A stretch of 64,000 nt of DNA from an uncultured bacterium (lineage in GTDB: Bacteria; Oederibacteriota; PGYV01; CAWJRG01): contig CAWJRG010000009.1 in assembly GCA_963845185.1 (NCBI GenBank), forward strand, positions 384,001 through 448,000. The letters run 5' to 3'. The notes under the pieces were generated by a model. It saw only the letters and a list, made by a program, of their open reading frames with translations. It made no database searches and was not told the DNA's origin. This document shows positions 39,776 to 49,379 of the stretch, piece after piece. Within the stretch, counting starts at the first letter, position 1. Each line of letters opens with the position of its first letter. Made by a program: the position numbers and the translations under genes.

Positions 39776-41608
39776 GTGAAAAATTTTTTATTACAGGGTT
39801 TAATTATTGCCGCGGTTTTAACTTTAGTTGTGCAAACAATTACAGCACAGTTAGCATCAAATGAGGCATCAGCAAACAAGGCGAAATTTAAACTGGCTTG
39901 CGTATATCCTTCCGGGGCAAACAATATCTGGGAATTTGAAAATAGTCATAAGGATACCGGCAGTAATCCTAATAAAGCATGGGCTTATACCGGGACTTTT
40001 CCGTATTCAAAGTCAATCGTTAAATACGACTCGTATTCCATGGGCATGCTTTTATCATACGGGAGTTATATAAGTTGCACGGCTTTAAATTATACTCCGA
40101 AAACAATCCAGTTCTGGATATATATACCTGCGGGAACCAAGCAGGACAACAGGTATATTGCTGCTAGTTATAACACGGTGGGAAATATACAGCTTTATTC
40201 CGACAATTACATACGGTGCAATTACGGCAATGGGATGTGCAGTTCTTACGCGGTTCCTTTCAATACATGGGTGATGATACAATTTAACTGGAATGGAACA
40301 AATTTCAGTTTTTACGCGGGGAATCCCGCGATTTTAATCCAGCAAATAGCCTATAAAGGTTATCCGCAAAACAAGATGTGGAGTATTTTCAATTATTACG
40401 ACTGGGCTGACACATATCCAAAAGCGTATTTTGACAGGTTTATTATTGCGGATTATCCGGCAAACGGCGTCGAGATAGTTCCTTATGTCCATACGCCGAC
40501 ACCGCAGCCATCAGCGACAATATACGCGCAGCACAAGCAAACTGCCGTAATGCAGTTAACTGCAGCGTTGGAAGCAACGACAATAGCCACGTGGTTTACC
40601 CCGACCCCGGCGCACACATGCGCTATTTGTGGCACTCCTTTTCCCGCGGTATTTGCGCAGGTTCAAACACCCGTGCTTGTCCCGGATGCGGATTATGAAG
40701 CGGGAAGCGTCCAGTGCCCGGATATCATAACCGGTGCCGACGGGTTGCTGCACATGGCATATTGGGGAAGCGGATGGAAAACAAAAGGAATGATATGCCT
40801 TGCCACCTCGCCCGGCCCTCTGGGCCCATGGACAAAGCACGGGCCTTTATTCGGCAATGGTTACGGCGGCGTTTCCCTTCAGGTTACGGACCCATGTCAA
40901 ATTCATATAGGAAATGAATGGCGCATATATTTCAGCAAAGCCGGAAACATTTTTTATGCGACGTCAACAGATAGTTATAATTATAAATTGCAGCCGTATT
41001 TTAACCCGTCCAATACCGTATTGGACTCGTCGGCATTCAGGCCGGCATGCGTCGGTGGCGCAGGAATTGACGGCCTTGGAATATTTACAAACGGCCCGGA
41101 ATTTTGGGGTATTGCGGAATTAATGGCGGACGGATGCCCGGACCAGTCCGCTTATAAGTTATGGCTGTGCAAAGGTACTGCCGACGCTTTAACATTTACC
41201 AGCGCGTCGCAGGATGCGCTTGAAGGATTGGATCCATGGTATCCTGCAGAATCGCCTTTCTCGCTGGTAACCCAAGGAGGCAGGGCAGCGATGAAAGTGG
41301 GCAATCGCTATCATATATGGTACGGGATCGACTATCCGACAAAAATTTATCACGCGGAAAGCTATGACTTATATAACTGGTATTCAAGCGTAACCCCGGT
41401 TGTTTCTTATAGCGCACATTTGTTCGGGCTTTTAGGATGCAATCAGGTGGCAGACCCGGCTGTTATAGAATACCAGGGGAAAACATACTTATATTACAGC
41501 GCGGTAGATAATGGCCACGAGAGATCATATATAGGAGTTTCAGTATATAACGGAACCCTTGCCCAATATGACAACTGCGGTACAACACTTCCGCCAAAAA
41601 TCCGTTAA
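39776..41608 (+). CDS. Secreted protein: LamG/ConA-like domain, PT linker, five-bladed GH43/32/130-like propeller
   Basis: Signal peptide; TIQFWIY..NTWVMI..YFDRFII; TPTP linker; VQCPDII, VTDPCQI and VADPAVIEYQGKTYLYYS blades. Confidence 0.62.
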   Translation: MKNFLLQGLIIAAVLTLVVQTITAQLASNEASANKAKFKLACVYPSGANNIWEFENSHKDTGSNPNKAWAYTGTFPYSKSIVKYDSYSMGMLLSYGSYISCTALNYTPKTIQFWIYIPAGTKQDNRYIAASYNTVGNIQLYSDNYIRCNYGNGMCSSYAVPFNTWVMIQFNWNGTNFSFYAGNPAILIQQIAYKGYPQNKMWSIFNYYDWADTYPKAYFDRFIIADYPANGVEIVPYVHTPTPQPSATIYAQHKQTAVMQLTAALEATTIATWFTPTPAHTCAICGTPFPAVFAQVQTPVLVPDADYEAGSVQCPDIITGADGLLHMAYWGSGWKTKGMICLATSPGPLGPWTKHGPLFGNGYGGVSLQVTDPCQIHIGNEWRIYFSKAGNIFYATSTDSYNYKLQPYFNPSNTVLDSSAFRPACVGGAGIDGLGIFTNGPEFWGIAELMADGCPDQSAYKLWLCKGTADALTFTSASQDALEGLDPWYPAESPFSLVTQGGRAAMKVGNRYHIWYGIDYPTKIYHAESYDLYNWYSSVTPVVSYSAHLFGLLGCNQVADPAVIEYQGKTYLYYSAVDNGHERSYIGVSVYNGTLAQYDNCGTTLPPKIR

Positions 41609-41665
41609 TCAGCTTACGGCGTAATGAAGGAGTTGCTTTTCCTTATAGGGGTTCCTTTTTAAGTT

Positions 41666-41739
41666 CTGGGTATATTCAGTGATAAAACCACAAAAAGTAT
41701 TGAATAAGTCTGTTTGTAGGAGTATATTTTATATAAGGA
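41666..41739 (+). promoter_or_regulatory. Repeated promoter module, copy 2
   Basis: TTGAAT(41700)-17-TATATT(41723) with flanks shared with 39601-39673. Confidence 0.6.
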
Positions 41740-41971
41740 ATATGTCAAAAACAAAGGAGCGCAATGAAAAAAACGGAGGGTAGACATAAAAATCTTTTTT
41801 TGCCTTTACAGTATTTATATTTGCTTTTAATGCTTGCCGAAAAAATGCTTTAAGTAATGGTATCGAACGATGTTTATGCCCGGCATGAGAGGATTTTACA
41901 TTTTGCTGCGAAAATAGCGGAAGTAGAATCCATGAAAAAGGAATGAATGAGTAAAATAAAAGGAGGAAGAA

Positions 41972-42145
41972 ATGAATAAACTTGATGATTTTTTGGACAA
42001 AGTAAAGTGCCCAAATTGTGGAAGTATTATGACGGTCTTTTATCCGGTTAAATATGTATGCCCCAATTGCAGATATAAAAGGACCGGGCACTCGATTAAA
42101 ACTGAAGATTTGAAACATGAAAATTTACATCCGAAAAAATCGTAA
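41972..42145 (+). CDS. Small Zn-ribbon protein (57 aa)
   Basis: SD AGGAGG; MNKLDDFLDKVKCPNCGSIMTVFYPVKYVCPNCRYKR...; two CPNC motifs. Not in the ORF track. Confidence 0.65.
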   Translation: MNKLDDFLDKVKCPNCGSIMTVFYPVKYVCPNCRYKRTGHSIKTEDLKHENLHPKKS

Positions 42146-42194
42146 TATAAAGATTGAAGACCGGATGAAATATGGGCAAATAAGGGGAAGTCAT

Positions 42195-42281
42195 TATAAA
42201 AACTTTTTCCTGATTTAAATACCTTTTGGAGTAGATTAATGATAAAAATAAATTGGTTGATTTTAATCTGACGGATGCCGG
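42195..42281 (+). mobile_element. Orphan right end of an IS1380-related element
   Basis: TTTGGAGTAGATTAATGATAAAAATAAATTGGTTGATTTTAATCTGACGGATGCCGG aligns with 2462-2519 TTTGGAGTAAAATTAATGATGAAAATAGGCTGGTTGATTTTGATATGACGGATACCAG. Confidence 0.75.
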
Positions 42282-42351
42282 TTTATGTATATTTAAATCC
42301 GGCGTAATTCCTGTCCGTACCGTTTAAAAACATTTGTGGAGGTGATTTATT

Positions 42352-42715
42352 ATGCAGCCGGAATTTTTAGAAAGGCGCATAACAAGCCGCATTAATATTG
42401 TAAGGGAAATCAAGTATAAAATAATCAGCAGCGACGTGGATGAAATTAATTTCGGCAATGAGAAAGGGGAAATAAAAAACATATCCAAAGGCGGTATATG
42501 CCTTTTCACGCCTCACAAAATAGAAGAGGGTACTGTATTGAGAATTGAAATAAATATAGCAAATCCGGAAAAAAGGGTAATTAAAGCTTTTTGCAGAGGT
42601 TGAATGGTGCAACCTTAAGAGCCCGAAAGGGTTATATGAAATCGGGTTGAGTTTTACTGCCCTAAAAGAAGAAGATCAAAAATTCCTGGAACAATTTACA
42701 GCCGAAATACACTGA
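42352..42715 (+). CDS. PilZ-domain protein with a frameshift near 42595
   Basis: RRITSR (RxxxR) and NISKGG motifs. The shifted frame continues EVEWCNLKSPKGLYEIGLSFTALKEEDQKFL, matching paralog 48857. Confidence 0.82.
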
Positions 42716-42756
42716 AGCACTGTCTACGACTGGAAAAATAATACGGGAGAATAAAC

Positions 42757-43332
42757 ATGGCAGGAGGAGATCCGAAAAAACCAGGCTGGGTTACTGTTGT
42801 GTCAATACTAGGTATTATAATGGGCTGCCTGGGTATTTTCGGAGGCATACAGAACGCATCCTTGCCGAAGATATTGAAAGTAGAGAAACAATGGATGCCT
42901 GATATAATGAGCAACAACATTAATAGTAGGACGGAAGGCAGATTGGCAAAGCTAGATGCGCAAATGGCCAGGTTTGGAGTTACAAATACCGTAAAAATGC
43001 CTGAAGATTACACTAGGATGATGAATAAAATATTAAACTATCCCACCTGGTATGCTTTGTTTTGTTATATTGCGGGCGCAATGGGAGCTTTAATCGGCGG
43101 TTTTTACCTTTTTGCCTCAATAATCCTTCTGCAAAGAAAAAAAATAGGATTAAATATGTTTTATGTTGCGGCAAGCCTGAGTATGGTTTTTGTTTTAGCC
43201 AGGAGTATAGCAACTACAATCGCAAGCCCTATTTTCGGCGTAACAATGATTATTGGCTCGGCTTTTTCTATAATAGTAAATGTAGTGTTATTGGCTGTTG
43301 CGCTGGGCAGTGATAAAATAGGGTTTGTTTGA
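42757..43332 (+). CDS. Hypothetical membrane protein (4 TM)
   Basis: KPGWVTVVSILGI start; four hydrophobic helices. Confidence 0.7.
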   Translation: MAGGDPKKPGWVTVVSILGIIMGCLGIFGGIQNASLPKILKVEKQWMPDIMSNNINSRTEGRLAKLDAQMARFGVTNTVKMPEDYTRMMNKILNYPTWYALFCYIAGAMGALIGGFYLFASIILLQRKKIGLNMFYVAASLSMVFVLARSIATTIASPIFGVTMIIGSAFSIIVNVVLLAVALGSDKIGFV

Positions 43333-43394
43333 TTTAGCATTCAGCATTTGGCATGCATTCAAGATTTAAATGCCAAATAAAAACGGAGTTGGTA

Positions 43395-44699
43395 ATGAAA
43401 AAAATTATTATTTATTTTGTTGTTTTAGTATTTTTAATAAGCTTAGTATGCTGCAACAGGAAAAATCCTGGCCCTACATCGCCTGTACAGCCGACCAATA
43501 CAAGCACCGCAACCCCGGCAATATTGACCATGACCATAACTGTTACGCGCACAGCAACGCAGGCAAGCACAGGTGCTTTCACGCCAAATGCGACGCCTAC
43601 AATTACAGAAACGTCAGTTATACCAACGGAAACAAATACATTCATACAGGGTTCCATGACTTTGACTGAAATTGTTATGACTGTCACGGCGACAATCACG
43701 CTGACAGGAATATTTACAATAACAGGGACAGAAACGTATACGGCAACTCCTGCAATGACAAAAACAGAGACAATTACAAATTCGTCGACAGCCATAATAA
43801 CAGAAACAGCTACGGCAACGAATACTCCTGTACCTGGTAGCATATGGACGCAGGCAACAGGCGCAGCCGGATTCAGCGGAAGAATGTTCCATTCCAGCGT
43901 GGCATATAACAATGAAATGTGGGTAATAGCAGGGGTTGACAGCAGCGGGGATAAAAACGACGTATGGCATTCAAGCAACGGGATAGACTGGGCGCAGGCG
44001 ACAGGAACAGCGGTATTCAGCGCAAGAGGGAGGCATACCAGCGTGGTATTCAACAATGAAATGTGGGTAATAGCCGGACAAGGCGTCAAGGCTTATAATG
44101 ATGTTTGGAATTCGGCAGACGGTATAAACTGGAATGCAGCTACAACAACAGCAGCTTTTAGCGCAAGGGACAGCCATACCAGTGTGATATATAACAATGA
44201 AATATGGGTAATAGGAGGGTTTGACAGCAGTGGGGATAAAAATGATGTTTGGTATTCAAGCGACGGCATATACTGGACGACTGCGACGGCTGCGGCAGCT
44301 TTCGGCGCAAGGGACAGCCATACCAGCGTGATATATAATAATGAGATATGGGTAATAGCAGGGTTTGACAACAGTATAGGTAATGATAAAAACGATGTGT
44401 GGTATTCAAACGACGGCATAAGCTGGGTGCAGGCTACGGCAGCGGCAGCTTTCAGCGCAAGGTATAGCCACGCCAGCGTAGTATATAACAATGAAATGTG
44501 GGTAATAGGAGGGGAAGATACCAGCAATGTAAAAAACGACATATGGCATTCGGCAGACGGCATAAACTGGACTGAGGCGACAGCAGCAGCCGGATTCAGC
44601 GCAAGGTATGCGTCTGCCAGTATTTTATATAACAATGAAATTTGGTTGATAGCAGGATATGACGGCAGTTATAAAAGTGACGCATGGTTATCACAGTAG
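43395..44699 (+). CDS. Lipoprotein with a long Thr-rich stalk and a six-bladed kelch-type propeller
   Basis: Start moved to MKKIII...SLVC-C; Thr-rich tract; six ~49-aa repeats WT.AT.AA.FSAR..H.SV.YNNEMWVI.G...NDVW.S.DG. Confidence 0.85.
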   Translation: MKKIIIYFVVLVFLISLVCCNRKNPGPTSPVQPTNTSTATPAILTMTITVTRTATQASTGAFTPNATPTITETSVIPTETNTFIQGSMTLTEIVMTVTATITLTGIFTITGTETYTATPAMTKTETITNSSTAIITETATATNTPVPGSIWTQATGAAGFSGRMFHSSVAYNNEMWVIAGVDSSGDKNDVWHSSNGIDWAQATGTAVFSARGRHTSVVFNNEMWVIAGQGVKAYNDVWNSADGINWNAATTTAAFSARDSHTSVIYNNEIWVIGGFDSSGDKNDVWYSSDGIYWTTATAAAAFGARDSHTSVIYNNEIWVIAGFDNSIGNDKNDVWYSNDGISWVQATAAAAFSARYSHASVVYNNEMWVIGGEDTSNVKNDIWHSADGINWTEATAAAGFSARYASASILYNNEIWLIAGYDGSYKSDAWLSQ

Positions 44700-44820
44700 G
44701 ATAAATTAATAATCAAAAAATTTTCAATTTCCAATAAAAAGATGTAAAATATATTATAGGTTTTTAATTAAGTTAGATAATTAGCAATTATAAAACAAAC
44801 AATATCAAGGGAGGCAAGAA

Positions 44821-45507
44821 ATGATTAAAAAAGTATTGGTTGTTATCTTCATGGTTTTAATGGTTTCGGTTATTTTTGCGGCGGATAACACGCCTGTGGG
44901 AACGGCAAATGTGACAGGTACTGCTTCGCCTTTTTACGCGGGAAAATTTGCAATCGGTTACAACGGCGGCTTGAATTTCAGGTTCTTTCCGTCTGAGGCG
45001 TGGGGTTTTGAAATCCCTTTATCTGGAAATGTTTCCAGCCCTTATTATACAAATGTAGCGAATTCCTACCGCTGGAGCGCAGTAACAGGGGTTAATTTAT
45101 TACTACCCATTAAAAACAATTTCGAAACATGTATCTGGTTTGAGCCTGGCATAGTTTTAGGAAGCAACGAACTGTATTCGGAACTGCAAGTACCGGGAGA
45201 CGGTGATTCGTATGGCGCATTCAACAAAATGGACCAGTATTTATATACATTTTATGCAGGCATAACCTTTGGTTTGGAAGCGGAATTGTTTTTAAACAAA
45301 ATCTGGGATAAATTACCCAGGAATATAAGTATTGGAAGCAAAATAGCTCTCACGGGCACATGGAATTTAAGTGAATCGTGGGATACAAATATTTATAACA
45401 ACGGGTTTAAAAGGAATTACGATTATTCAAAGGCTATCGGCTGCAGTTTCAGCATGCTGAGCAGCACAAACGCCCTGATGTTTTTTACAATCAGATATTA
45501 TTTTTAA
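44821..45507 (+). CDS. Probable small outer-membrane beta-barrel
   Basis: Signal peptide, alternating beta pattern, C-terminal FTIRYYF. Confidence 0.65.
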   Translation: MIKKVLVVIFMVLMVSVIFAADNTPVGTANVTGTASPFYAGKFAIGYNGGLNFRFFPSEAWGFEIPLSGNVSSPYYTNVANSYRWSAVTGVNLLLPIKNNFETCIWFEPGIVLGSNELYSELQVPGDGDSYGAFNKMDQYLYTFYAGITFGLEAELFLNKIWDKLPRNISIGSKIALTGTWNLSESWDTNIYNNGFKRNYDYSKAIGCSFSMLSSTNALMFFTIRYYF

Positions 45508-45515
45508 TTGCCCAC

Positions 45516-47573
45516 ATGAGTCAATTTGTGAAAAAAATTTTGCCTTTAATAATTTTTTTGTTTTGCTTCAACATTTTTGCATGCGCTGATAATACCGATG
45601 AAGAAAAGTATTTTTCAAAAGGTAAAACTGCATTTGACTTAGAAAAATATGATGAGGCAATCAAATATTTTGATGAAGTAATACAGCTTGACCCGAAAAA
45701 CGCCGAGGCATACGCTTTCCGTGGACGCGCAAAAAATGGGATAAAAGACAAGAGTGCGATTGACGACTGCAATAAGGCGATGGAATTAAACCCTTTGCTT
45801 GCGATAGCATATCTTGGTCGGGGAAGATATAAATATGACCTGGACGACTGCAATGAAGCGATCAAGGATTATAACAAGGCAATAGAACTTGACCCTAAAC
45901 TTGCAAGAGCTTATGTTGCCCGCGGAGCTGCAAAATGGAAATTAGGCGAGAACGATGAAGCTATTGAAGATTGTAACAAAGCAATAGAACTTGACCCTAA
46001 ACTTGCAATGGCGTATCTCAACCGCGGAGTTGTAAAAAAGGCGTTAAAAGATTATGCGGGAGAGATCGAAGATTATAATAAAGCGATACAGCTTAACCCC
46101 GAACTTTCAGAGCCTTATTGCAACATGGGCAGTGCAAAGATTACGTCAAAAGATTATATTGGAGCGATTGAGGATTGCAATAAAGCAATAGAACTTAATC
46201 CAAAACTTACGGAGGCTTATAACAACAGAGGGGATGCTGAAGATAAATTAGGTAAGTACGATGAAGCTGTTAAGGATTGTAACAAGGCGATAGAACTTGA
46301 CCCTAAACTTAAGGAGGCTTATATCAACCGCGGAATTGCTGAAGATAAATTAGGCAAGTACAATGAAGCAATCAAAGATTGCAATAAGGCAATAGAACTT
46401 GACCAAAAGTATGCACTGGCTTATTGCGAACTTGGGGTTATTTCAATTAACTCAGGCGACTACAAAGGCGCAATTCAATATTTTGACAAGGCAATCGAGC
46501 TTGACCAAAAATATGCAGATGCTTTTATTAACCGTGGGATTGCTAAAGACAAATTGGGCAAGCATGATGAAGCGATTAATGATTATGATAAGGCAATAGA
46601 ACTTGCTCCAAAGTATGCAATGACTTATGTCAACCGTGGGACAGCTAAATATGAATTGGGCAAATATGACGAATCTATTAAAGATTATAGCAGGGCAATA
46701 GAACTTAATCCAAAGTATGCAGAAGCTTATAACAACCGCGGTAGTGCTAAAGATTACTCGGGCGACTATGCGGGCGCAATTAAGGATTTTGATGAAGCAA
46801 TAGAACTTGACCCGAAATATGCATTGGCTTATGTCCGCCGCGGGATAATTGAAGATAAATTAGACAAGTATGATGATGCGATTAAAGATTATGGCGGTGC
46901 TATAAAACTTGTTCCTAAATATGCCTATGCTTATGCTTGCCTTGGGGATGCTAAAAATAACTCAGGCGACTATACAGGCGCAATTAAGGATTTTGGTACG
47001 GCAATTGAGTTTAACCCGAATTATGCGGAGGCTTATTGCGACCGCGGGATTGTTGAAAATAAATTAGGCAAGTATGACGAAGCCATTAATGATTGTGACA
47101 ATGCAATAAAACTTGACCCTGAGCTTGCGGAGGCTTATATCAATCGCGGGCTTGCAGAGAATGCGATAGATGATTATTCAGGGGCGCTTAATGACAGCAA
47201 TGAAGCGATAGGGCTTAACCCAAACTCTGCGGAGGCTTATATAAACCACGGGCTTGCAATGTATTATTTGGGGGACTATACAAGAGCAATCGATGATTTT
47301 AATAAAGCGATAGAGATTAAACCCGGACTTGCAATAGCTTATAACAACCGCGGACTTGTAAAAAATGCATTAAAAAAATATTCAGGAGCGATTGATGACT
47401 GCAACAGAGCAATAGACCTTAACCCTAAACTTGCGGAGGCTTATTACAACGGCGGGATTGCCGAATATAATTTAGGTGATGAGGAAAGTGCCATTAAAGA
47501 TTTAAAAAAGGCAGAAAAACTAGGATATAAACAGGCATATGACTTGATCAAGAAAATTCAGGGAAACAAATAA
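45516..47573 (+). CDS. Secreted TPR-array protein (about 19 repeats)
   Basis: 34-aa repeats AY.NRG....LG.Y.EAI.D..KAIEL.PK. Confidence 0.9.
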   Translation: MSQFVKKILPLIIFLFCFNIFACADNTDEEKYFSKGKTAFDLEKYDEAIKYFDEVIQLDPKNAEAYAFRGRAKNGIKDKSAIDDCNKAMELNPLLAIAYLGRGRYKYDLDDCNEAIKDYNKAIELDPKLARAYVARGAAKWKLGENDEAIEDCNKAIELDPKLAMAYLNRGVVKKALKDYAGEIEDYNKAIQLNPELSEPYCNMGSAKITSKDYIGAIEDCNKAIELNPKLTEAYNNRGDAEDKLGKYDEAVKDCNKAIELDPKLKEAYINRGIAEDKLGKYNEAIKDCNKAIELDQKYALAYCELGVISINSGDYKGAIQYFDKAIELDQKYADAFINRGIAKDKLGKHDEAINDYDKAIELAPKYAMTYVNRGTAKYELGKYDESIKDYSRAIELNPKYAEAYNNRGSAKDYSGDYAGAIKDFDEAIELDPKYALAYVRRGIIEDKLDKYDDAIKDYGGAIKLVPKYAYAYACLGDAKNNSGDYTGAIKDFGTAIEFNPNYAEAYCDRGIVENKLGKYDEAINDCDNAIKLDPELAEAYINRGLAENAIDDYSGALNDSNEAIGLNPNSAEAYINHGLAMYYLGDYTRAIDDFNKAIEIKPGLAIAYNNRGLVKNALKKYSGAIDDCNRAIDLNPKLAEAYYNGGIAEYNLGDEESAIKDLKKAEKLGYKQAYDLIKKIQGNK

Positions 47574-47602
47574 ATTATTAATTTTCTATTGAGGAGACTC
47601 CT

Positions 47603-48628
47603 ATGAAAAAAATTTTATCAATTTTAATTTTTTTATTTTGTTTCAGTATTTTTACCTATTCCGGCAGCAATGACGCCAAAAAATACTTACAGTCAGGGAT
47701 TGTGAAAACCAAATCCGGCGATTACAAAGGCGCAATAGGGGACTGCAATCAGGCGATAAAGCTTAACCCAAAATACACAGATGCCTATATCGCCCGGGGG
47801 GTTGCTGAAAATGCCCTAGGTGACTATTTAAGTGCAATTAAGGATTTATCCATGGCCATAGAGCTAGACCCGAAAAACGAACTTGCTTATTACAACAGCG
47901 GGCTTGCTAAAGCCCGTATGCGTAAATATGACGAAGCGATTGAAGATTATGATATGGCAATAGGGCTTGACCCGAAGTTTGCCGGAGCTTATAACAACCG
48001 CGGATTTGCCAGAGCCAATTTACGTAAATACAAAGAAGCAATTAAGGATTATGAGACGGCAATAAAACTTGACCCGAAAAACGCTTTTGTATATAACAAC
48101 CGCGGGAATGCCGAAGATGAATTAGGCGACTATGAAGGCGCAATAGAGGATTATACAAAAGCCATAGAGTATGACCCGAAGTACTCTTATGCCTATAACA
48201 ACCGCGGGGCCGCAAAAAATAAACTGGGCAGATTTAATGAAGCGGTCAAGGACTATGACACGGCAATAGGGCTTGACCCGAAAAATGCGCTGGCTTACAA
48301 CAACCGCGCGAAAGCCAAAGACGACTTAGAGGACAAAAAAGGCGCAATTGAGGATTACACCAAAGCCATAGAGCTTGACCCGAAGAACCCGATTTTGTAT
48401 GTCAGCCGCGGCGCTTCCGAATATGATTCGGGCGACTATAAAGACGCAGCTGAGGATTATACAAAAGTCATAGAGTTTGACCCGAAGGCTGTGGAGGCTT
48501 ATTTTAACCGCGGCCTAATTAAAAACCATATGAGTGATAAGCAGGGTGCAATTGATGATTTAAAAAAGGCATGGGAACTAGGAGATAATGAGGCTTTAGA
48601 CAAAATCAAGGAAATACAAGGCAAATAA
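47603..48628 (+). CDS. Secreted TPR-array protein (about 9 repeats), paralog of the upstream gene
   Basis: Same repeat; similar signal peptide and C-terminus (KIKEIQGK versus IKKIQGNK). Confidence 0.9.
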   Translation: MKKILSILIFLFCFSIFTYSGSNDAKKYLQSGIVKTKSGDYKGAIGDCNQAIKLNPKYTDAYIARGVAENALGDYLSAIKDLSMAIELDPKNELAYYNSGLAKARMRKYDEAIEDYDMAIGLDPKFAGAYNNRGFARANLRKYKEAIKDYETAIKLDPKNAFVYNNRGNAEDELGDYEGAIEDYTKAIEYDPKYSYAYNNRGAAKNKLGRFNEAVKDYDTAIGLDPKNALAYNNRAKAKDDLEDKKGAIEDYTKAIELDPKNPILYVSRGASEYDSGDYKDAAEDYTKVIEFDPKAVEAYFNRGLIKNHMSDKQGAIDDLKKAWELGDNEALDKIKEIQGK

Positions 48629-48696
48629 TGGGCATTTAATATTAGGTAATGCAAATTTCCATTGATTCTGTGACACATTAGTTGATTATTTTCAAA

Positions 48697-48801
48697 TGTG
48701 CCTTTTGACGCAACATATAATGTGCCAAAAGGCACATTTACATATATTTATTCTTATAAACATGCATATTATATGATTTATTTATAGGCATAGGAAATGC
48801 T
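48697..48801 (+). promoter_or_regulatory. Sigma54 promoter with tandem enhancer-protein sites
   Basis: AGGCATAGGAAATGCT (GG-N10-GC, 48787-48800); upstream TGTGCCTTTTGACGCA (48697) and palindrome TGTGCCAAAAGGCACA (48721). Confidence 0.7.
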
Positions 48802-48856
48802 ATATATCTAACAATAAAGTTACAATTAGGTAAGACCTTGAAAGGAGGCGGTTTTT

Positions 48857-49210
48857 ATGAAGACAGGAATGGTAGAATTTGAAAGCGAAACGTATACATA
48901 CAGGGAAATGGCTTTAAGGTATAAAATGTTACAGGATAACACGCAATTAGGTGTTTATGGCTTCGAAAACGCAAAAACCCGCGCGATATTTGAGGATGGT
49001 ATTTGTGTGCTGACAGAGAACAGGCTTGAAAAAGGCAACCTAATAAAGATTGAATTATCCATAGACACTAGGATCCTGAAGGCATTCTGCGATGTAGAGT
49101 GGTGTAATTGGGATGATGAGGCGGGTGCGTATGAGGCGAAATTGACTTTTATTGCCTTAAAAGAAGAAGACATACTTGCGCTGGCTCAATTTATAAAGAA
49201 AAATCGCTGA
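48857..49210 (+). CDS. Degenerate PilZ-domain protein
   Basis: PilZ fold pattern (GICV..LEKG..IEL..CDVEWC..F..L) but lacks RxxxR and D/NxSxxG. Confidence 0.72.
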   Translation: MKTGMVEFESETYTYREMALRYKMLQDNTQLGVYGFENAKTRAIFEDGICVLTENRLEKGNLIKIELSIDTRILKAFCDVEWCNWDDEAGAYEAKLTFIALKEEDILALAQFIKKNR

Positions 49211-49288
49211 TTTATTCCGTGATTGCGGACGAAGACAACCAGTGGTACTGTCTAAGCGTCGCGGAATATGGCGAAGCGTGAATTTAGC

Positions 49289-49327
49289 AAAAAAAACACC
49301 ATGGGCTTAATCCCATGGATTTTTTTT
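49289..49327. terminator. Bidirectional intrinsic terminator
   Basis: A8-CA-CCATGGG-loop-CCCATGG-A-T8 between convergent genes. Confidence 0.85.
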
Positions 49328-49379
49328 AGGCTGGTTAAACTTGAAAACATTTAGGAAGAACAAACAAATAATTTTTAAA

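Noticed and set aside
41764..41946. SD-led short ORF (MKKTEGRH...) with an internal stop
   Set aside because: No recognisable family; possibly a decayed gene, but not supportable.
39601..42281. Composite non-autonomous IS1380 unit from CCGGCAT (39601) to the remnant right end
   Set aside because: The left match is only 7 bp and the flanks TTCTT and TTTAT do not form a target duplication.
43800..48628. CRISPR array or DGR template/variable repeat
   Set aside because: Repeats are in-frame kelch/TPR coding units with no unique spacers, and there is no cas or reverse transcriptase gene in the window.
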